A DNA stretch of 64,000 nucleotides from an uncultured Actinomycetota bacterium. GTDB lineage: Bacteria > Actinomycetota > Actinomycetes > CAVWCF01. Below, piece by piece: positions 13,101-19,908 of this stretch. Location of the stretch: positions 24,965 through 88,964 of the forward strand of contig CAVOOM010000008.1 in assembly GCA_963697565.1 (NCBI GenBank), written 5' to 3'. Position numbers and translations under genes: made by a program. A model generated the notes under the pieces. It worked only from the letters and a program-made list of their open reading frames with translations, did no database searches and was not told where the DNA came from. Each line of letters starts with the position of its first letter. Position 1 is the first letter of the stretch.

Positions 13101-13654
13101 GACCTCGGCGAGACCCGGCCGAGGACCGAGTTGACCGCGCGGTAGGCGCCGCTCGACAGGACGTTGCCGACGATCGTCGGCAACGCGACCAGCACGCCGA
13201 GCGAGAGCACGAGCCCCAGCGACGGGCCGATGAGCAGGGCGGCGGCCATGCCGGCGGCCGCCCCCCACAGCAGATGGACGCGCGCGGTGGCCCCGTCGGC
13301 GCGCACCAGCGAGGCCAGTCCCTTGGGCAGGCCCCGCACGTCGCGCCAGAACCGCGGCCCGCCGACGGCGCGGCGGTAGCCGACGAGGGAGAACGCCAGC
13401 ATCGACAGCAGCGCCCAGAAGAGCGCGCCCTGCAGGAAGTTGCCCGGGCCGGTCGCGGCCGACCCCGGGAGCACCTGGGAGCCGTCGTAGCGCGCCGCCA
13501 TCAGCCAGACGTTGACGACGTAGCCGATCACGCCGGCGCCGATGGCGCTGGTCACGACCGACGGCACATGGCCGGCGGCCCAGCCCGGGAACTGGCGCAG
13601 GATCGCGGACAACGACTGGGGGTTCGGCCCGGCGGCAGGGGCGGAGGCGGTCAT
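10187..13654 (-). CDS. Large (1155 aa) polytopic membrane protein of unknown function: about 8 TM helices followed by a soluble domain of about 830 aa that looks helical
   Basis: Uninterrupted reading frame. ATG 13654 overlaps the upstream stop (ATGA). Hydrophobic helices fill the first ~320 aa (e.g. VVTSAIGAGVIGYVVNVWLMAA, FLQGALFWALLSMLAFSLVGY). The rest is Ala/Leu/Glu/Arg/Asp-rich with no catalytic motif I recognise. Confidence 0.7.
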   Translation of the reverse strand: MTASAPAAGPNPQSLSAILRQFPGWAAGHVPSVVTSAIGAGVIGYVVNVWLMAARYDGSQVLPGSAATGPGNFLQGALFWALLSMLAFSLVGYRRAVGGPRFWRDVRGLPKGLASLVRADGATARVHLLWGAAAGMAAALLIGPSLGLVLSLGVLVALPTIVGNVLSSGAYRAVNSVLGRVSPRSALPPESGMLSTAVGILGTAFALTAAFVVTDTALKVALTLGLAAAAFLLSARTRTPPPTAALILLALAATAGAWDSLFSATAAWADDGGYFECGQSWSQWWSACAGSETVKQAAVVGGIAAAAGGVAGSFAGQVVGQLAASGSPDDGDAALADWVDALLDDPAYADFQAAHPEVPLDPDGFEQYVRWRLEQGLGVPPLPGAATTPAGEGGGQEQRDYWSPGDPVRTPVDTSKLLPITDPRIDSLPTDGKGNVKYGGEWMPQAEAEARLEKDLAWTKERVQGQRLVDTFKDLQTRLAGELDDATRATLEAQLRATTIAINENFQSKSILKAEGRSPTAAAYDAALRAEYDRVDGDFVDKLNEMGIRRGGRELTVDQTRTGGPEGDVLDFRNASSRGTSGMDRDVGLNESRVRALADRLARLEPGSPEAIEVAEQLRAAQAQGRMTIDLNQAAQTLRAQLEAAAGSPEAARIQGQLDRVQADLDAGRTVVTLAPSRWNDLASVVYEGSYRTVTGGDAERAFQGVTQATNPEAYRDLAVLANDPAKTPFDPQWAAQTADVTRFKAEHLQHLVDTGVITQATADQEIARGTAKDLNSKLLPQLRTDANVDPAKLDRLERLTNVLDRAGRGEIPPGQIDQQLRAAVPEIPGLTLDKANLIATSNLEAATKWREPIVGPRGLGTLGAVSDLGTVIQHTEENIGRGLDPTEAAVVATAQTMAGNAAMASGVADPRSSLVGQALLPTELRGILPDAVVENFAGTGYEAARASALAVHDSLAAGRLDTQAIDRFAESVANREGTDPFKGYAMVGEALGEEMARTDGGSLWSDLDQIRSSGAGTAVINERLDAFVASVEGGEHGAPLEGIAYLTNIAAEVIVDPSKWMNDVANDCQSIWDNGVGDDYWSEAVDTSVSAITRTPLIGTVAQGVAEIASGIGESGVSGFATEMAEGAAALASESAEAVYHSAGAAASWIRGAL

Positions 13655-14410
13655 GTCCGCGCCTTCGGGCTTGGACCCAGCGCGATCAGCAGGCCGCCGA
13701 CGAAGGCGACGATGACGCCGAGGCCGACCGTGCCCAGCACGGTGGGGGCATCGGGGCCCCCGGCCGCGAGGGCGGCCAGGTTGCGCTGCACCTGCGCCAC
13801 GAACACGGTCGCGATGACGACGACGAGCCACCCGGCCAGGCGGCGGATCCTCCCCAGCGATGGACGGCTCGCGGCGACCAGTGCGACGACCGCGGCCGCG
13901 ACGAGGACCACCGCGATCGAGACCGGGCCGGACGACCCCGTCAGGTCTCCGACGAGGGCCTGCACCGGGAAGTCCGGGCTGCCGAACCCGGGAAGTCCGG
14001 GCAGCCGAAGCCACGGCAGGAGGGCCCCGACGACCACCGTGATGGCGCCGGCGAGCACCACCCCGAACCGGAGGCCTGCGGCCCCGCCCCGCGCCGACCC
14101 GCGCGCCACGATCTCCGCGGGGGTGCGGCCCTGCGGGTGCGCAGCGCTGAACACCGCGGCGTACGACCCGACCGGCCCGACCGCGCGACTGGTTGGGCCA
14201 GCGGCGCCAGGGCGACGAGAAGGCGGCGGCGTCGACCCAGCAGCCCCAGCCGTTGGAGCAGCGCACCTCCGCCCACCGGCCCCACGTGCGCACGAGCTGC
14301 ACGTCGAGGTGCGGGTCGAGCCGGGCGACCGCGGGCACACCCGGGTCTGGCCGCTCCCAGGCCTCTAGGCCGGTCGTGGGGACCCTGTGGGTGGCGGCGT
14401 ACTCGGTCAC
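13651..14410 (-). CDS. SH3b-like domain protein with four C-terminal TM helices; one frame break as assembled
   Basis: GTG 14410. N-terminus THRVPTTGLEAWERPDPGVPAVARLDPHLDVQLVRTWGRWAEVRCSNGWGCWV. After a break near 14180 the adjacent frame gives GLRFGVVLAGAITVVVGALLPW, VSIAVVLVAAAVVALVAA, LAGWLVVVIATVFVAQV and VLGTVGLGVIVAFVGGLLIAL. Stop 13651-13653. Confidence 0.6.
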
Positions 14411-14416
14411 GACGGG

Positions 14417-15424
14417 CTACCCGGTCGATCCGGACGCGGCCGGAAGCTGCGGGTCGGAGATGACATACCCGCCGGACCAGGCTCGCCCGGCGACGCCGAG
14501 CCGGAACACGCCCGGCTTGTCGAGGCACACCTCGACCTGGCCGCCGGGCGGGACCGTCTGATCTTCTGGGCCGCCTGTGATCGTGAGGTCCTCATCGCCG
14601 GTGTTGACCACCGGGACGCAGGTGCCGGCGGGGATCCGCACCCACCTCGGGTCGAAGCGGCCCGACCCCAGGTCGAACTGCGGCGTCTCCTGCGCGGGCG
14701 ACGTCGACCAAGGCCGGTGCCAGCCAAGCAGCACCACCAGTAGCCCGATCAGGGCGGCGGGCACGGCCCACCGGCCGATCTCGTCGAGCTGCTGCTTGCG
14801 CGCGAGCGGCCGGGCGGTCATCCAGCCGAGCAGCAGCCCGTACGGGATGTGCGCGGCGTAGGCGATCGCGATGACATCCCACTTGCCGGTGAGTCCGTAG
14901 TAGGTGGCAAAGGGCGTGACCAGGGTGGCCGTCTCCAGCACCATCGCCCAGACCACCGCCCACCACACGGGCCGCCCGAGGGCCACCGCGGCGTAGGCGA
15001 TGCCGAAGCAGATGCCGTTGGCGAAGTGGTACGTCCACCCGGCGAAGGCGCTCAGGTCGCTGGACGTGTTCGCATTGAGCAGGAGCACGCCGTACGACTC
15101 GATCGGGGCCAGCACCTGCCGCCCGCCCAAGACGAAGGGGACGCGGAAGAGGTCGTAGCCGATCGTGCCGAGCAGCCCTCCCAGCGAGCCCAGCGTCAGG
15201 ACGAGGCGCAGCCGGACGAAGGCCGTCGTGCGGAAGGCGACGACGGCGATCACCGCGATCGCGACGAGCGCGGGCAGGGTGACGCGCAGGAACCACGTCG
15301 AGAACTGACCGAGGCCGAAGACCCAGGCGAGCAGGGGCGCGACGTTGAGCAGGGCGAGGAGGGCGAGCCCTCCGGTGAGCCAGCCCTCGGCCGGCGACGA
15401 CAGGCCCGGCGAGCGCGCGGTCAC
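14417..15424 (-). CDS. Polytopic membrane protein with a C-terminal cupredoxin-like beta domain (function unknown)
   Basis: Intact 335-aa ORF with about 8 hydrophobic helices (GLALLALLNVAPLLAWVFGL, LPALVAIAVIAVVAF, WWAVVWAMVLETATLV). C-terminal FDPRWVRIPAGTCVPVVNTGDEDLTI...PPGGQVEVCLDKPGVFRLGV. Stop lies 6 nt before the next gene start. Confidence 0.65.
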   Translation of the reverse strand: MTARSPGLSSPAEGWLTGGLALLALLNVAPLLAWVFGLGQFSTWFLRVTLPALVAIAVIAVVAFRTTAFVRLRLVLTLGSLGGLLGTIGYDLFRVPFVLGGRQVLAPIESYGVLLLNANTSSDLSAFAGWTYHFANGICFGIAYAAVALGRPVWWAVVWAMVLETATLVTPFATYYGLTGKWDVIAIAYAAHIPYGLLLGWMTARPLARKQQLDEIGRWAVPAALIGLLVVLLGWHRPWSTSPAQETPQFDLGSGRFDPRWVRIPAGTCVPVVNTGDEDLTITGGPEDQTVPPGGQVEVCLDKPGVFRLGVAGRAWSGGYVISDPQLPAASGSTG

Positions 15425-15451
15425 CGGGGCGCCAGGTGGGTCGGGGCCATC

Positions 15452-16293
15452 TCAGAGTCCGTAGGTCTCGTTGGCGCAAGCCGCCGCGGCCGTCAGGACG
15501 ACGAGTCGCTCGACCGCGGTGTCGACGCGGTAGCCGCCGATCAGCCGGGTGAGCGTCGGCTCGTCCTCGGCGACGAACGACCCCACGACACCCGTGCCCT
15601 GAACGCCGTCGACGGTGCACTGGGTGGCGCCGAGGACGATCACGTCGGTGTACGGGTCGCCCAGTGCGGGGACCGCGTCGAGGACCCGCCAGACCGGCAC
15701 GGGGCCTTCGTACCGGGTGAGCTGCAGGTACCAGAACTGGAAGCCCTCGGGGGTGGACACCAGGGAGACGCCGCGATCCGGGGCCTCGAGCAAGGCCCCG
15801 CCGATCTCGGAGACGCCCTGCCCCGGGGCGGGATCACCGTCCCCGCGGTACTCCTGACCGATCCACCGCGCTGCTCCCGGCGTCGGTGACGGGGACTCCG
15901 AGGGGGTGGGCGCCGGGGTCGGGGCGGGGCTGGCGGTGGTCGTGCTTCCGGGTGTGGCAGAAGGCGATGGAGATGCCGTGGTGTCGTCGGGCCGGCCGAA
16001 GAACCAGAAGGCGCCGGCGGCCAGCGCCGCGAGGGCGAGGGCTCCTGCCGCGAAGAGTCCCCGGCGGGAGGTGCGGCCGGACGGCTCCGAGGGGCCCGGT
16101 GGGGCGGCCGCGCGGAGGCAGCGCGGGTGGCGGTCCGGTGGGTCCGGGCTGGCGGTCCGGTGGGTCCGGGTGGCGGTCCGGTGGGAGGCGACGGCCGCGG
16201 TGCGGTGTCGGAGGAGGACACGGGGTGTCCGCAGGTGGCACAGAAGCGGGCCCCCGCCGTTACGGCGTTGCCGCACGACGTGCAGAACGACAT
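15452..16293 (-). CDS. Zinc-ribbon protein with a proline-rich repeat, one TM helix and an extracytoplasmic C-terminal domain; two frame breaks as assembled
   Basis: ATG 16293. MSFCTSCGNAVTAGARFCATCGHPV carries two CxxC pairs. Then come PTGPPPG-type repeats, TM GLFAAGALALAALAAGAFWFF, a Ser/Thr/Pro linker, and a ~140-aa domain ending CANETYGL. Breaks near 16149 and 16110. Confidence 0.6.
16128..16185. repeat. Tandem 21-nt repeat tggcggtccggtgggtccggg, about 2.7 copies, inside the zinc-ribbon gene
   Basis: Copy 1 is 16128-16148, then a single extra c at 16149. Copy 2 is 16150-16170 and partial copy 3 is 16171-16185. On the coding strand the unit encodes P-T-G-P-P-P-G. Confidence 0.85.
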
Positions 16294-16429
16294 CGACCGC
16301 CTCCGCATCGAGCCAGCCACGGGTGAACCCTGGTTCTCACCCTTCCGCCGGGACCCGTGCGGAGGCAGGGCCCAAGGTCACGACCGGACCTGCGCGGGTT
16401 GGCGGCACGGACCACCGCGCCTTCGAGGG

Positions 16430-17026
16430 CTAGTCCCGGCTGACGAGGCGGGGCTTCGGCTCCAGCCCGGACAGGCCGTTCCAGGCCAGGTTGACCAGGT
16501 GCGCGGCGACCTCGGCCTTCTTGGGCTTGCGGGCGTCGAGCCACCACTGCCCGGTGAGGGCGACCATGCCGACGAGCATCTGCGAGTAGAGCGCGGCGTT
16601 CTTGGCGTCGAACCCGCGGGACTTGAACTCGACGCCCAGCAGGTGCTCGACCTGGCCGGCGACGTCGGACAGCAGGCTGGAGAAGGTGCCGGTGGACGAC
16701 CCGACGGAGGAGTCGCGGACCAGGATCCGGAAGCCGTCGGTGTTGGTCTCGATGTAGTCGAGCAGGGCGAAGGTGGCCTGCTCGAGCAGCACCCGCGCGG
16801 ATCCCCCGGTCAGCGCCGAGGTGATCCCGTCGAGGAGGCGCTGCACCTCGCGGTCGACGACGACCGCGTACAGGCCCTCCTTGCCGCCGAAGTGCTCGTA
16901 CACGACCGGCTTGCTGACCCCCGCGACGGCGGCGATCTCCTCGACCGAGGTGCCGTCGTAGCCCTTCTCGGCGAACAGCTTGCGGCCGACCTCGATCAGC
17001 TGCGCGCGCCGCTCCTTGCCGGACAT
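16430..17026 (-). CDS. TetR family transcriptional regulator
   Basis: ATG 17026 (a GTG at 17059 is an alternative). HTH TSVEEIAAVAGVSKPVVYEHFGGKEGLY; 198 aa. Lies directly downstream of the desaturase on the same strand. Confidence 0.85.
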   Translation of the reverse strand: MSGKERRAQLIEVGRKLFAEKGYDGTSVEEIAAVAGVSKPVVYEHFGGKEGLYAVVVDREVQRLLDGITSALTGGSARVLLEQATFALLDYIETNTDGFRILVRDSSVGSSTGTFSSLLSDVAGQVEHLLGVEFKSRGFDAKNAALYSQMLVGMVALTGQWWLDARKPKKAEVAAHLVNLAWNGLSGLEPKPRLVSRD

Positions 17027-17097
17027 CCGCCCGCGCGGTCGGCTCTCCCCGTCGCTCACCGGGCCATCATGCCTGCCCGTCCCCGCGCCGCCGGCGA

Positions 17098-18072
17098 TCA
17101 GGCGGCCGGGGCTCGGCGGGCGGCGAGGCGCTCCGGCTTGGGCCAGCGCACGTCGGTGGCCCAGCCGGCGCGCTCGAACCAGCGGATCACCCGGGCGCTG
17201 ATGTCGACCTGGCCGGGCTCGACGCCGTGCCGGGCCGCGGTGGGGTCGGCGTGGTGCAGGTTGTGCCAGGACTCGCCCAGCGACGGGATCGCCAGCCACC
17301 ACACGTTGCCGGAGCGGTCGCGGGACAGGAACGGGTGGCTGCCCCACACGTGGCAGATCGAGTTGATCGACCAGGTGACGTGGTGGACGAGCGCGACGCG
17401 CACCAGGCCGGCCCAGAAGAAGGCGGTCACCGCGCCCCACCACGACCAGGTGAGCAGCCCGCCGATGACGGCGGGGATCAGCAGCGAGCCCGCCACGAAC
17501 CACGGGAACATCCGCGAGATGCGGACGATGTCGCGGTCCTTGAGCAGGTCGGGGGCGTACTTGGCCTGCGAGGTCTGCTCGACGTCGAACAGCCAGCCCA
17601 TGTGGGCGTAGAGCAGGCCCTTGGTCAGCGCCCAGGTGGAGGTGCCGAAGCGCCACGGGGAGTGCGGGTCGCCCTCGCGGTCGCTGAACGCGTGGTGCTT
17701 GCGGTGGTCGGCGACCCAGCGGATGAGCGGGCCCTCGATGGCGTACGACCCGGCGACGGCCAGCCCGATCCGCAGCGGCCGGTTGGCCTTGAACGACCCG
17801 TGGGTGAAGTGCCGGTGGAAGCCGACCGTGATGCCGCCCGCCGCGATGACGTACGTGATGCGAGCAGCGCGAGGTCGAGCCAGCCCACGCCCCCAGCCCC
17901 AGGCGATCGGGATCGCGGCGACCACCGCCAGCAGCGGGATCGCGATGAAGAGGAAGAGGAGCACCCGCTCGGTCAGGCTCTGGCGGTCCTGCGAGAGGGT
18001 GCCGCGCGGGGCGGGGGCCTCGAGGTCGAGCGGGGAGGCCTCGAGCGGGGTGGTCTCGGGCGTCGCGGTCAT
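17098..18072 (-). CDS. Membrane fatty-acid (acyl-CoA/acyl-lipid) desaturase
   Basis: Intact 324-aa ORF. Three histidine boxes: HRHFTHG, HRKHHAFSD and HNLHHADP. Confidence 0.9.
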   Translation of the reverse strand: MTATPETTPLEASPLDLEAPAPRGTLSQDRQSLTERVLLFLFIAIPLLAVVAAIPIAWGWGRGLARPRAARITYVIAAGGITVGFHRHFTHGSFKANRPLRIGLAVAGSYAIEGPLIRWVADHRKHHAFSDREGDPHSPWRFGTSTWALTKGLLYAHMGWLFDVEQTSQAKYAPDLLKDRDIVRISRMFPWFVAGSLLIPAVIGGLLTWSWWGAVTAFFWAGLVRVALVHHVTWSINSICHVWGSHPFLSRDRSGNVWWLAIPSLGESWHNLHHADPTAARHGVEPGQVDISARVIRWFERAGWATDVRWPKPERLAARRAPAA

Positions 18073-18120
18073 CGGGCGGCTCCAAGCGGGGTCGTCGGGT
18101 GATCGGCGGCGAGGTTCTGG

Positions 18121-18170
18121 CTACGCCTACGTAACCTACGCAACCGTAAGGTACGGCACCGTAACCTCGG
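18121..18170. promoter_or_regulatory. Cluster of three related CGTAACCT/ACGG-type half-palindromic sites upstream of the desaturase-TetR operon (candidate TetR operators)
   Basis: cgtaAccTacg at 18130-18140, ccgtaAGGtacgg at 18144-18156 (perfect 5-bp arms) and ccgtaacctcgg at 18159-18170. The patch is locally AT-rich and lies 50-100 nt upstream of the desaturase start (18072). Confidence 0.4.
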
Positions 18171-18228
18171 AGTCCAGCCCACGCGGCCGAGGGCCGCCCG
18201 CGGCGCGGGAAGTAGCCTGTGGCCGCTA

Positions 18229-18299
18229 TCCCGGGTCGTCTAACGGCAGGACAGCGGCCTTTGGAGCCGTGAATCGGGGTTCGAGTCCCTGCCCGGGAG
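18229..18299 (+). tRNA. tRNA-Gln (anticodon TTG)
   Basis: Hand-folded cloverleaf. Acceptor TCCCGGG/CCCGGGA; D arm GTCT-AACGGCA-GGAC; anticodon arm GCGGC-CTTTGGA-GCCGT; T arm CGGGG-TTCGAGT-CCCTG; discriminator G. 71 nt with no encoded CCA. Confidence 0.85.
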
Positions 18300-18411
18300 C
18301 CCAGCCGACCGCTGGACTGCCCCCGCGGGCCCCGGCCCGGTGGGTATCCTCGGCACGCCGACCAGCGGACGAGCCGCCCGCACGCCCGTCGCGTCCGACC
18401 CGAGGAGCCGC

Positions 18412-19906
18412 GTGACCGCCGCCCGCACCGCTCCGGTGGCCGCCGTGATCGTGCTGGCCGCAGGCGAGGGCACCCGGATGCGCTCGGCCACCCCGAAGGT
18501 CCTGCACGCGATCGGCGGCCGCACCCTGCTCGGCCACGTCCTCGCGGCGGCCGGGACGCTCGACCCCGAGCACCTCGCCGTCGTGATCGGCCACGGGCGC
18601 GAGGCGGTCGCCGAGCACCTCGCAGCGGTGGCCCCCAAGGCCCAGCCGGTGGTCCAGGAGGAGCAGCACGGCACCGGGCACGCGGTCCGGGTCGCCCTGG
18701 AGGCGCTGCCCCCGCTCACGGGCACCGTCGTCGTGGTCGCCGGCGACACCCCGCTGCTCACCGCCGAGACGCTGGCCCGGCTGGTCGGCCGCCCACGCGT
18801 CGACGCGGCGCGCTGCGCCACCGTGCTGTCGGCCGTCCTCGACGACCCCGCCGGGTATGGCCGCGTGCTGCGCGCCGCTGACGGCTCGGTGGCGGGCATC
18901 GTCGAGCAGAAGGACGCCGACGACGGCCAGCGCGCGGTCGCGCGAGATCAACAGCGGGATGTACGCGTTCGAGGCCGCCGAGCTCGCGGCGGCGCTGGCC
19001 GAGCTCACCCGCGACAACGCCCAGGGCGAGGAGTACCTCACCGACGTGCTGGGGATCCTGCGCGCGCAGGGCCGGCCGCGTCGCCGCGGTCGCCGCGGAG
19101 GACCCGCACGAGATCCTCGGCGTCAACGACCGCGCGCAGCTCGCCGAGGCCGCCCGGCTGCTGCGCGACCGGGTCGTCGGGCGGTGGATGCGCGAGGGCG
19201 TCACGGTCGTCGACCCCGCGACCACCTGGATCGACGTCGACGTGTCACTCGGCCCCGATGCCGTGGTCCAGCCGCACACCCAGCTGCTCGGGCAAGACGC
19301 TGGTTGCCGCCGGCGCCGAGGTGGGCCCCGACACCACCCTGCGCGACTGCCTGGTCGGCGAGGGCGCCCACGTCCGGCGCTGCGACGCCGACCGCGCGGT
19401 CGTCGGCCCGCAGGCGAGCGTCGGCCCCTTCACGTACCTGCGCCCCGGCACCGTGCTCGGCCGCGGGGTCACGCGCGGGCGCCTACGTCGAGCTGAAGAA
19501 CGCCGTCGTGGGCGAGGGCAGCAAGGTGCCGCACCTGTCGTACGTCGGCGACGCCGAGATCGGCGTGGGCTCCAACATCGGCGCGGCCACCGTCTTCGTC
19601 AACTACGACGGCGTGGCCAAGCACCGCACGACCATCGGCGACCACGTCCGGATCGGCAGCGACACCATGCTCGTCGCCCCCCTGGAGGTCGGCGACGGCG
19701 CCTACACCGCGGCCGGCTCGGTGATCACCGAGGACGTGCCCCCGGGGGCGATGGCCGTGGGCCGGGCGCGGCAGCGGGTGATCGAGGGCTGGGTCGAGCG
19801 CAAGCGCGGCGGGACGGCCTCGGCCGAGGCCGCCCGCACGGCCCGGGAGGCCGCAGGCCAGGATGGGACCCGCAGCGCAGGCGACTCAGGGGAGGCAGGG
19901 GAGTAG
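18412..19906 (+). CDS. glmU: Bifunctional UDP-N-acetylglucosamine pyrophosphorylase / glucosamine-1-phosphate N-acetyltransferase; four frame breaks as assembled
   Basis: GTG 18412. [35 protein letters not shown], then left-handed beta-helix hexapeptide repeats ([35 protein letters not shown]). Frames go 1>2>0>1>2, with breaks near 18945, 19075, 19290 and 19475. Confidence 0.85.
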
Positions 19907-19908
19907 CC

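Noticed and set aside
10187-13654. The giant ORF being free of frame breaks as evidence for special selection or recent acquisition
   Set aside because: Other multi-kb stretches are equally clean (32780-38627, 43148-48830, 57886-61280). The breaks are clustered, probably for technical reasons, so an intact 3.5-kb ORF is not statistically remarkable.
10836-14368. Long plus-strand ORFs (381 aa at 10836-11981, 796 aa at 11978-14368) opposite the giant membrane protein gene
   Set aside because: They are Arg/Gly/Pro/Ala-rich low-complexity translations with no motifs. In DNA this GC-rich, stop codons are rare in antisense frames, and the minus-strand frame has far more protein-like sequence (TM helices, coiled coils).
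16128-16185. Possible CRISPR-like or other repeat array
   Set aside because: The repeats are directly tandem (21-22 nt period) without spacers, lie inside a coding region, and encode a proline-rich peptide. I saw no CRISPR array or cas genes anywhere in the window.
16430-18085. 551-aa ORF apparently fusing the desaturase region and the TetR regulator
   Set aside because: Upstream of residue ~353 it is an out-of-frame reading of the desaturase gene, which has its own intact 324-aa frame at 17098-18072. Only the last 198 aa (TetR) are genuine.
18229-18299. tRNA-Gln or the tRNA at 33860 as an integration site for a genomic island
   Set aside because: There is no integrase, excisionase or transposase gene nearby, and I could find no direct repeat of the tRNA 3' end. 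The flanking genes (glmU, def, GNAT) are ordinary chromosomal genes.
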